From Candidatus Nezhaarchaeales archaeon (GTDB lineage: Archaea; Thermoproteota; Methanomethylicia; Nezhaarchaeales; B40-G2): 20,000 nucleotides of DNA. Below, in pieces: positions 7,901 through 14,492 of this stretch. Both the position numbers and the translations under genes were made by a program. The notes beneath the pieces were generated by a model. The model worked only from the letters and a program-made list of their open reading frames with translations. It was not told the DNA's origin and ran no database searches. Where the stretch lies: assembly GCA_038894875.1 (NCBI GenBank), contig JAWAOK010000010.1, forward strand, positions 5,582 through 25,581, written 5' to 3'. Numbering within the stretch: the stretch's first letter is position 1; every line of letters begins with the position of its first letter.

Positions 7901-8333
7901 CCCTGAACCTCCTCACCCTCACGCCCGCCCCCTCCAGCATCCTCTTAGCCAGCTCGTCCTCGTAATCGTCGTCGTAGACCACCTCGGCCACCTCAGCGTT
8001 TATAATTATCTTAGCGCATATCGAGCAGGGGTAGGTCGTCGTGTAGAGCGTCGCCCCCCTAGTGCTGACCCCAAACACCGCGGCCTGGATGATGGCGTTC
8101 TGCTCGGCGTGGAGCCCTCGGCAGAGCTCGTGGCGCTGGCCGGAGGGGACCTTGAGCTCCTCCCTCACGCACCCAACCTCTGAGCAGTGGGGGAGGCCCT
8201 TCGGGGCCCCGTTGTAGCCCGTGGCCACTACCCTGTTGTCCCTGACGAGCACCGCCCCCGTGCGCCTCCTCAGGCACGTGCTCCTCCTGCTCGCTAGCTT
8301 AGCCATCTCCATGAAGTACTCGTCCCAGCTCAT
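7869..8333 (-). CDS. dCMP (deoxycytidylate) deaminase, CMP/dCMP deaminase zinc-binding family
   Basis: [20 protein letters not shown]..., HAEQNAI (His-Ala-Glu zinc/catalytic motif) and [10 protein letters not shown] (PCxxC). I prefer ATG 8333 over the track start at 8363. The TATA-like element at 8377-8386 is too close to 8363. Confidence 0.9.
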   Translation of the reverse strand: MSWDEYFMEMAKLASRRSTCLRRRTGAVLVRDNRVVATGYNGAPKGLPHCSEVGCVREELKVPSGQRHELCRGLHAEQNAIIQAAVFGVSTRGATLYTTTYPCSICAKIIINAEVAEVVYDDDYEDELAKRMLEGAGVRVRRFRASGPAASPAP

Positions 8334-8376
8334 CCTTTTCTCCAAGCCAGGCCCCCAGCCCACGCACGCCCCTCCC

Positions 8377-8386
8377 TTTTATCTTA
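8377..8386 (-). promoter_or_regulatory. TATA box (minus strand TAAGATAAAA) for the dCMP deaminase gene
   Basis: AT-rich decamer 44-53 nt upstream of ATG 8333. Confidence 0.4.
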
Positions 8387-8486
8387 GACGCCCTCCCTCA
8401 GCGAGGTCGCGGCGCGCCTTGGAACGCCTTGTTTCAACGCTCCCCTTATCAAAACGCCTCGCGCAGGGGGGAGCGGTGGTGGCGCG

Positions 8487-10091
8487 GTGAAGGGCAGGGG
8501 GGCCCTGCTCTGCGCGCTAGTGGCAGTAGCCATAGCCGCTGTGCTAGCTCAAGCGGCCCAGGCCAGCCGGGCTGAGAGGGCCGAGGCCTTAGTAAGTATA
8601 GCCGAGGGCGCCTGCGCGCGGGCCGAGGGCCTGGCGTCCTCAGTAAACGCTACGGTGGCGGCCGCGGCGGGCCCGGCCCTCAGGAGCCGCCTCGAGGGGG
8701 CCCTCTCCTTAGTGAGGGAGGCGAGTGGCCTAGTCGGCGAGGCTAAGCTGAGGCTCCAGGCTGGCGACGTCGACGGAGCCTTGGAGCGCGCGACGCAGGC
8801 TATGCAGAGGGTCCGCGAGGCCTTCGTGAGCCTTAACGCCATCCGCAAGGAAGCCCGCCCAGAGGAGGCCGAGGCTATGGAGGCTCGCGACAAGGCCCTG
8901 GGCCTCCTCGTCGCAGCGAACAGGACTCTCGAGCGCGCGATGCGCCTCAACGTCAGCACGGAGGACCTCAGCGCAATAATTAGTAGGATAAGGTCGTTGG
9001 TTGCGGAGGGCAACGTCAGCGGGGCGGCTCACGAGCTCGCTAGGGCGAATCAGCTAGTCGCCCAGGCGTTCTCCGAGATGAAGTCCAAGGCCGAGGAGGG
9101 GCTAGCCGAGAGGGCGGCGGCCTTCGTAGAGAGGCTCTGCGAGAGGCAGGAGGAGCTGCGCAGGAGGGCCGGGCAAGTGGGCCTGAACGCCACGGGGGTC
9201 TTTGAGTCCGCCGGCCTAGGGGACCTCAGCCGCCTCAGGGAGCGCCTGAAGGGCGCGGCTCCCGGAGACGTCAGGGACTTGGTCGGCCAGCTCAAGGAGG
9301 CCGGCAGGCGCTTAAGCGAGGTGGCGGGGGCGGTCGCTGCTATTGAGGCGAGGGCGCCGAAGGAGGCCCCGCGCCGGATCGATATCATCGACTTAATTAA
9401 CAACGCGCCCTCGTGGGCGGGTGAGGTAGTCACTGTAAGGTGTGCCTACTGCGGGCAGAGGCCGCCCGAGGGGCTGCCCGGCCCCAGCGGCACGCCGCCC
9501 GAGGGCAGCTGGATAGGGGCGGACCGCACTGGCTGGATCTACGTCGTAGATGCGGGCGCCCTCAAGCCGCGGACGCCAATCTTCGAGGGCGACCTCGTGG
9601 AGGTGACCGGGTCGCTCAAGGTGGAGGCTGGAGTGGCGCCCTACATAGAGGCGCAGGTGGTCGTGATCGTCTCTCTAACCACTCCCCCGGCCATCCCCAG
9701 CCCGCCAGCGGCGCCCATTATAACCCCGCCGGCTATAACTCCGCCCCCCGCGCCCCATCACGCGCTAGGCATCACTATTGTCGGGCGGGGGGCCGAGGGC
9801 AAGCAGCACTACGTAGTTAAGGTGAGGCTAGTGAACGTGGGCGCGGACGCCGTCGTGTTCCCCAACGGCGCCTACGGGATTGTAGTGGAGAGGGAGGTGG
9901 GCGGGGGGTGGTCGACCTTCTACGTCCCGATATCGGCCCAGGTCCTCGTGAAGCTTCTGCCGGGGGAGGAGAGGGTAGTTACGCTGCGGCTCCTCCAGCC
10001 GCCTGAGGGCAACTACAGGGTCGTGGCCGAGGGCTGGCTCGAGTCCAGCCGCCAGCGAGTCTCAGCCGCGGTTGAGTTCGCGATACCCTAG
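8487..10091 (+). CDS. Secreted/cell-surface protein of unknown function (signal peptide, helical region with N-glycosylation sequons, Pro-rich linker, C-terminal beta-rich domain)
   Basis: 534 aa. N-terminus MKGRGALLCALVAVAIAAVLAQAAQA is signal-peptide-like. There are five N-x-S/T sequons in the Ala/Glu/Arg/Leu-rich helical part. Linker is TTPPAIPSPPAAPIITPPAITPPPAP. The C-terminal approximately 115 aa have alternating beta-strand-like pattern. Codon usage matches neighbouring genes. Confidence 0.75.
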   Translation: MKGRGALLCALVAVAIAAVLAQAAQASRAERAEALVSIAEGACARAEGLASSVNATVAAAAGPALRSRLEGALSLVREASGLVGEAKLRLQAGDVDGALERATQAMQRVREAFVSLNAIRKEARPEEAEAMEARDKALGLLVAANRTLERAMRLNVSTEDLSAIISRIRSLVAEGNVSGAAHELARANQLVAQAFSEMKSKAEEGLAERAAAFVERLCERQEELRRRAGQVGLNATGVFESAGLGDLSRLRERLKGAAPGDVRDLVGQLKEAGRRLSEVAGAVAAIEARAPKEAPRRIDIIDLINNAPSWAGEVVTVRCAYCGQRPPEGLPGPSGTPPEGSWIGADRTGWIYVVDAGALKPRTPIFEGDLVEVTGSLKVEAGVAPYIEAQVVVIVSLTTPPAIPSPPAAPIITPPAITPPPAPHHALGITIVGRGAEGKQHYVVKVRLVNVGADAVVFPNGAYGIVVEREVGGGWSTFYVPISAQVLVKLLPGEERVVTLRLLQPPEGNYRVVAEGWLESSRQRVSAAVEFAIP

Positions 10092-10112
10092 CCCCTCAAG
10101 GACCCCCTCCAC

Positions 10113-10120
10113 TTTTTATT
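10113..10120 (+). terminator. Oligo-T tract (TTTTTATT) after the secreted-protein gene
   Basis: Starts 22 nt downstream of the TAG at 10089-10091. It is the only T5 run nearby. Confidence 0.45.
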
Positions 10121-10925
10121 GCGCCACGCAGCTCAGCTGGGGCCGCTGAAGTGGCCAGCTAATCACTTCGGCGAGCTTCCCCACGACGACCTTAGCGAGG
10201 GCTCGCCTCAACGCAGTAGTCAACTTCGAAAACCTCAGCGCCCCTCCTTCAGGGCCCTTGTCGATGCCGCGTCGCGCCCGGGGTTTTGAAGGCGTCGCCC
10301 CCTCTATCGAGGGACGAGGAGCTACTCAATGGGATGATGGCGCAGGTGCAGCCCAGCCCTTCGACTTATCTGCAACGACCTTATCCCGATGGCACTGCGT
10401 ACCTTTAGCTTCACGAACTGAGTTGGCTTCGCGAAGGAGGACCTAATATTACGAAGGCCGCTTTGCGCACAGCCCGCCCGTCGCAGACTAGGGCCTATAA
10501 GCGTCCGGGGCCCCTTAGGGGAGACCCTCCCCATGCTTGCCACTGGCCCAGCCCGCTCGCCTCGCCATCAAACGCCCTAGTGGCAACGCCTATAGCCGTG
10601 GACCTCCAGAACATGGACAAGCTAGCCACAGGGCTGCCCGTCGCGCCAGCGCGGCGCTAGCCAAGGCGTCGCACTTCGCGGCCTCCTATGGCTTGGGCAG
10701 GGTCGTAGACGGGAAGATGAGTAGGAAGGGGTCGTGAGTAGGTACGCAGGCCGTCCATACCCGACGAGTGAGCCGTCATACCTGGGGCTAGGTCAAGCGG
10801 GCCTCGCCAGGTTCGCCGCGACCTACCTCGTGGGCATTAATAATGACTATACTTTAGCGTACGTAGGCTACGCAGTAGCGCCCTGCGCGCATGGGGGCGT
10901 GGGGAAGGGAGCACGCCATTAAGTG

Positions 10926-10969
10926 GCCGTGGGTGCGCACTAGCGAGCGCGAGGGCGCTAGCTCACGGC
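10926..10969 (-). other. Compound GC-rich hairpin overlapping the stop codon of the micro-ORF
   Basis: GCCGTG (10926-10931) pairs with CACGGC (10964-10969). Nested inside, CTAGCG (10940-10945) pairs with CGCTAG (10956-10961) around a 10-nt loop. Read directly from the sequence. Confidence 0.5.
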
Positions 10970-11019
10970 TTCTTCTTCTCCTTCTTCTCCTCTTTCTTCT
11001 TCTTCTCCTTCTTGGACAT
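10963..11019 (-). CDS. Candidate micro-ORF encoding an 18-aa Lys/Glu peptide MSKKEKKKKEEKKEKKKP
   Basis: ATG at 11019-11017 and TGA at 10965-10963. A GGGTGG (Shine-Dalgarno-like) sequence lies 6-11 nt upstream of the ATG. A TATA box lies 37-44 nt upstream, and a hairpin overlaps the stop. It was not in the supplied ORF track because it is too short. There is no homology evidence. Confidence 0.4.
   Translation of the reverse strand: MSKKEKKKKEEKKEKKKP
10969..11013. repeat. 45-nt uninterrupted polypyrimidine (plus strand) / polypurine (minus strand) tract built of CTT/CTC units
   Basis: There is no purine on the plus strand from 10969 to 11013. The tract is an imperfect (CTT)n/(CTC)n low-complexity run and is unique in the window. 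Confidence 0.9.
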
Positions 11020-11055
11020 CCTTCCCACCCTCTAGCCTAAGCGGAGCTCAGCCGC

Positions 11056-11063
11056 AAATAAAG
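11056..11063 (-). promoter_or_regulatory. TATA box (minus strand CTTTATTT) for the micro-ORF transcript
   Basis: Lies 37-44 nt upstream of ATG 11019, compatible with a short leader that carries the SD-like GGGTGG. Confidence 0.45.
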
Positions 11064-11065
11064 AT

Positions 11066-11110
11066 AGCGTTGCGCTACTCTAAGGCGGGGCGCCTTCGCG
11101 AGGCAACGCT
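11066..11110. promoter_or_regulatory. Concentric nested palindrome (candidate operator) between the divergent micro-ORF and RHH-gene promoters
   Basis: Outer arms are AGCGTTGC (11066-11073) and GCAACGCT (11103-11110). Inner arms are AAGGCG (11082-11087) and CGCCTT (11091-11096). Both share a centre at about 11088-11089. The outer arms abut or overlap the two TATA-like boxes. Confidence 0.5.
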
Positions 11111-11115
11111 TAAGT
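11109..11115 (+). promoter_or_regulatory. TATA-like box (CTTAAGT) for the RHH-domain gene
   Basis: Lies 26-32 nt upstream of TTG 11141, a leaderless-type arrangement. Confidence 0.4.
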
Positions 11116-11140
11116 CCTTGCGGGCCGCGCACTCCTTAGC

Positions 11141-11719
11141 TTGCCCACCATAAGCGTGGAGCTCGACCAGAGGCTCTACGGGAGGCTGCTGGACGAGGCG
11201 GTGAACAGGGGCGTTACGGCCTCGGAGGTGGTTAGGAGGGCCCTGGAGGCCTACTTGGGCACGGCCGGGGCGCGAGCGGAGGAGGCCGACAGGTCGAGGG
11301 AGCTGTCCAAGCTAATAGAGGAGCTGTCCAGGGCCAGGGGTAAGTTGGCCGAGCTCATCGACGCCCTGAGCAAGCTGGCCGAGCTCCGCCCTAGGCTCGA
11401 GCCCCTGGCGAAGGCGCCCGCTGCAGAGGCTAAGCCCGCGGCGCGTAGGGAGGATAGGCCGTGGTTCTTAGTCAGGAGGGTCAAGAACCCCCAGAGGTAC
11501 TCAGCTAAGATGAGGGAGAGGGGCTACGTGTGCATGTCCAAGGCGGACAGCGTCTTCTGCATAAAGAGGGAGGAGCTGGAGAGGGTGGTGAGGTCCCTCA
11601 ACGAGGGGAGGGTGACCCTCGACGAGGTGGGGAGGCTGGGGGCGGACGACGTGAGGAGGCTGTGCTACGAGTACGGCCTAGTCTACTTCTCGGAGGGCGC
11701 CTGGAGGAGGGTTGAGTAG
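11141..11719 (+). CDS. Ribbon-helix-helix (CopG/Arc/MetJ-like) DNA-binding protein with coiled-coil linker and an uncharacterised C-terminal domain
   Basis: 192 aa. N-terminus PTISVELDQRLYGRLLDEAVNRGVTASEVVRRALEAYLG fits the beta-strand/helix/helix RHH pattern. Next comes a heptad-like SKLIEELSRARGKLAELIDALSKLAEL segment, then an Ala/Pro/Lys linker. The final approximately 85 aa (RPWFLVRRVKNPQRYSAKMRERGYVCMSKADSVFCIKREELERVV...) I cannot assign. Confidence 0.7.
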   Translation: MPTISVELDQRLYGRLLDEAVNRGVTASEVVRRALEAYLGTAGARAEEADRSRELSKLIEELSRARGKLAELIDALSKLAELRPRLEPLAKAPAAEAKPAARREDRPWFLVRRVKNPQRYSAKMRERGYVCMSKADSVFCIKREELERVVRSLNEGRVTLDEVGRLGADDVRRLCYEYGLVYFSEGAWRRVE

Positions 11720-12363
11720 CGGGGCGAGGCCCTCAGCTTCGCCAGGAAGCCCGCCGTCCTCCCCCTAGCGGGGGCCGCGAGGAGCCTCCTCAAGTCCTCC
11801 TCCTCGTCCACGTCCAGGCTCAGCTCGGGGGCCTCGTACACGACCACGTCGGCCCCCCTCCCTAGGGCGAGGGACAGGTGGCGGCTGAAGCTACCGGGGC
11901 CGAAGCTGAAGCGGATGAGGTTTGGGGGTGAGAGGAGGAGGGCATTGGTCCCCCCGCGCCCCCTAGAGGGGGAGATGACTACTGACGGAGGGGGCCCCAG
12001 GAGGTCCAGGAGCCTGGACACGCAGCCCCTCGTCAGCAGGGGCAGGTCCGCGGGGGCCACGAGGAGCGCGTCCGCCCCCTCCCTCAAGCAGACCTCGAGC
12101 GCCAGCCCGAGGGCCTCGTTGAGCCCCCTCGGCGCCCCCTCGTCGATGGGGACGGCCCCCATCCTGGCGGCCTCGCTCAGGACCTCGCGGCTGGAGGATA
12201 CGACGAGGACCTTGTCCAGCCCCTCGGCCCCCAGCAGCGCGGCTAGGACGTCCTCGAACATGGCCATGGAGAGCCCCTCCCTCTCCTCGTCGCTGAGGGC
12301 CCGGGCCAGCCTAGTCTTGGCCGAGCGGGGGTCCTTAAACGGGACGGCGGCGTAGGTCCTCAA
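11683..12363 (-). CDS. cofC: CofC-type guanylyltransferase (2-phospho-L-lactate / PEP guanylyltransferase, F420 biosynthesis)
   Basis: 226 aa. MRTYAAVPFKDPRSAKTRLARALSDEEREGLSMAMFEDVLAAL matches the CofC N-terminal signature (P.K....AKTRL...L..EER..L...M..DVL.AL). TTG start lies 6 nt after the cofD stop. Confidence 0.8.
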   Translation of the reverse strand: MRTYAAVPFKDPRSAKTRLARALSDEEREGLSMAMFEDVLAALLGAEGLDKVLVVSSSREVLSEAARMGAVPIDEGAPRGLNEALGLALEVCLREGADALLVAPADLPLLTRGCVSRLLDLLGPPPSVVISPSRGRGGTNALLLSPPNLIRFSFGPGSFSRHLSLALGRGADVVVYEAPELSLDVDEEEDLRRLLAAPARGRTAGFLAKLRASPRYSTLLQAPSEK

Positions 12364-12369
12364 GGCCCC

Positions 12370-13350
12370 TCAAGCACGCGGCCCGGAGGTATTAAGGCTG
12401 CTGCGGGGGCGGGCCCGGGGCCCGAGGCCCCTGGCCAGGCTCACCACTAGCCTCGCCAGCCTCACCTTGTCCTCGCTCGTCCTCATTAGCGTGGGCGCCA
12501 CCGCCACCCTAACCCCCAGCGCCTCTATGCGGCCCCTCAGCCCTGAGTCGGCCTCGTCTATAATTAGGGCGTCTAGGAAGTCCCCGTAGGCCTCCGCGAC
12601 CCCGTAGGCGGAGGGCTCGTAGCCCAGGGCCCTCATCATCTCGACCGCCGGCCCCTTCACCGCCCTCCCAGCTATGATTGGCGAGACGGCCACCACCGGC
12701 CCCCTAGCCTCGCGCAGCGCCTCGCGGACCCCCCTGACGGCCAGCATCGGCCCTATGCTAACTATGGGGTTGCTGGGGCAGACGACTACGAACTCCGCCC
12801 CCAGTATCGCCTCAACGACGCCCGGCGCCGGCCTGGCCCCTTCGGCCCCGACGTACTTGACGCCCAGCACCCTCGGCTCGCAGCGGTGCCTCACGTAGAA
12901 CTCCTCGAAGTGCATCTCCCCACGGTCGGTGATCACTACTGAGGCCAGCGGGTCGTCGGTCACGGGGAGCACCCTCGACTTGACGCCCAGCGCCCTCCGA
13001 ATCGCGTCGCAGGCCTCGGACAGCCTCAGGCCGGACCTAAGCAAGTGGGTCCTGTAGATGTGGGTGGCTAGGTCGAGGTCCCCTAGCTTGAGCCAGACGT
13101 CCGCCCCCAGCCTCCGGAGGCCCTCTAGGCACCTAAAGCTATCCCCCCTGAGGCCCCACCCCCTCTCCTCGTCGACGACCCCGGCCAGCGTGTACGTGAC
13201 TATGTCCACGTCTGGGCACACCCTGAGCCCCAGGACCTCCACGTCGTCCCCCACGTTGACTATCACCGTTAGCTCTGAGGGGTCGACGACCTCGACTAGG
13301 CCTCGGAGGAGCTTGGCGGCCCCCACGCCGCCGGCGAGGGCAGTTATCAA
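12370..13350 (-). CDS. cofD: CofD-type 2-phospho-L-lactate transferase (LPPG:FO transferase, F420 biosynthesis)
   Basis: 326 aa. MITALAGGVGAAKLLRGL matches the CofD N-terminal glycine-rich motif. Length and overall pattern fit the CofD/UPF0052 family. TTG start lies 25 nt after the nitroreductase stop. Confidence 0.85.
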   Translation of the reverse strand: MITALAGGVGAAKLLRGLVEVVDPSELTVIVNVGDDVEVLGLRVCPDVDIVTYTLAGVVDEERGWGLRGDSFRCLEGLRRLGADVWLKLGDLDLATHIYRTHLLRSGLRLSEACDAIRRALGVKSRVLPVTDDPLASVVITDRGEMHFEEFYVRHRCEPRVLGVKYVGAEGARPAPGVVEAILGAEFVVVCPSNPIVSIGPMLAVRGVREALREARGPVVAVSPIIAGRAVKGPAVEMMRALGYEPSAYGVAEAYGDFLDALIIDEADSGLRGRIEALGVRVAVAPTLMRTSEDKVRLARLVVSLARGLGPRARPRSSLNTSGPRA

Positions 13351-13375
13351 GGCGGGCCGCGGGAGCTAGCGCGCC

Positions 13376-14005
13376 TTAGGATTTAAGCCTCGCTAGCGGC
13401 CGCCCCCACTCGTCGACGAAGGCCACCTCGTCCAGCGCCCTCCTGGGCGGAGGGGGAGGCGCCTCGCCCGGCCTGCCCACTACTATCAGCGCCTGCGGCT
13501 CCACGTGCCTCGGGAGGCCCAGGGCCTCCTTGACCACCCCCCGGCAGAAGAGGGGGGCGCAGAGCCAGCAAGAGGCCAGCCCCTGGGCGTGGAGCGCCAG
13601 TAGGAAGTTCTGCACTGCGGCGGCGACGCTCTGGACCATCATCAGCCTCTCGGCCAAGCTCCTCCTGCGGCTCCGGTGCCTCTTGGCCTCCCTCATGGAG
13701 GCGGCCACTAGGACGGCCATCGGGGAGTCCGTTATGAAGCTTATGGACCTGGACGCTGCCTCCAGGGCGGCCCCCTCCTCCACCCCCTCCTCCACCAAGT
13801 CCTCGACCCACGCCTTCGCCATGGCCTCCGCCAGCCTCCTCCTCGCCCCCCGGCTGGCCAAGATTATGAACCTCCACGGCTGAGCGTTGTGGGCGCTCGG
13901 GGCCCAGAGGGCCGCCTCCAGGGCGGCCGCCACCTCCTCCACCCCCACCTCGCCTACGAGCCTCCGCACGCTCCTCCTACCCTTGATGGCCTCCCAGAGC
14001 TCCAC
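13376..14005 (-). CDS. Nitroreductase-superfamily FMN protein (stand-alone; FbiB C-terminal-domain-like by context)
   Basis: 209 aa. AIKGRRSVRRL and WAPSAHNAQPWRFIIL are classic nitroreductase-fold FMN-binding motifs. GTG start. It is the first gene of the nitroreductase-cofD-cofC string. Confidence 0.8.
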   Translation of the reverse strand: MELWEAIKGRRSVRRLVGEVGVEEVAAALEAALWAPSAHNAQPWRFIILASRGARRRLAEAMAKAWVEDLVEEGVEEGAALEAASRSISFITDSPMAVLVAASMREAKRHRSRRRSLAERLMMVQSVAAAVQNFLLALHAQGLASCWLCAPLFCRGVVKEALGLPRHVEPQALIVVGRPGEAPPPPPRRALDEVAFVDEWGRPLARLKS

Positions 14006-14084
14006 TCCGAGCCCCCGGCAGCCAGCCCCCGAGGGGGTTAAAGCAGTGCGGCCCGCCCCCTAGCCCGGGCCCGAGCGCCCGCGG

Positions 14085-14492
14085 GTGCGAGAGACGGTAA
14101 CGGTGTGGACGATCGGCTACGGATCCCGGAGCAAGGAGAGGGTCCTATCCATGCTGAGGGCGAGCGGGATAGAGCTAGTGGTTGACATTAGGAGGTGGCC
14201 GTCCTCCAAGCGGGGGGACTTCTCGCGCGAGAGCCTAGAGTCTTGGCTCAGGGAGGCCGGGATAGGCTACGTGTGGATGGGGGACGCGCTCGGCGGCTAC
14301 CGGCGAGGGGGCTTCGAGCGCTACATGGAGACGCGCGAGTTTAAGAGGGGGGTGGAGGAGCTCCTAAAGCTCGCCAGCCAGCGCCGCACCTGCCTCCTCT
14401 GCCTAGAGGAGAACCCGCGCAGCTGCCACAGGAGGTTCCTGGCCAGGTACCTACAGCAGCTGGGCGTCGAGGTCCGCCACATCCTGCGCTAG
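14085..14492 (+). CDS. DUF488-family protein (function unknown)
   Basis: 135 aa. VWTIGYGSRS, VVDIRRWPSS and the C-terminal CLLCLEENPRSCHRRFLA fit the conserved DUF488 pattern as I recall it (TIGHS...DVR..P.S...LLC.E.....CHR). Confidence 0.7.
   Translation: MRETVTVWTIGYGSRSKERVLSMLRASGIELVVDIRRWPSSKRGDFSRESLESWLREAGIGYVWMGDALGGYRRGGFERYMETREFKRGVEELLKLASQRRTCLLCLEENPRSCHRRFLARYLQQLGVEVRHILR

Noticed and set aside
10211-10878. 9-nt repeat ACGCAGTAG at 10211 and 10870, considered as possible element termini
   Set aside because: A single 9-mer match within about 870 nt is expected by chance (order of one occurrence). There is no extended terminal similarity and there are no target-site duplications.
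10903-10913. GGAAGGGAGCA string resembling the SRP RNA helix-8 motif
   Set aside because: The surrounding sequence forms only a 6-bp stem with a 10-nt loop. It lacks the closing pair for a GNAR tetraloop, the long helix 5/8 pairing and an Alu-domain partner. This is not enough to call an SRP RNA; cmscan should decide.
10258-10922. Five short ORFs (62-73 aa) in the 871-bp gap
   Set aside because: They are mutually overlapping, Arg/Ala/Pro/Ser-rich and motif-free. Third-position GC is not enriched as it is in real genes here.
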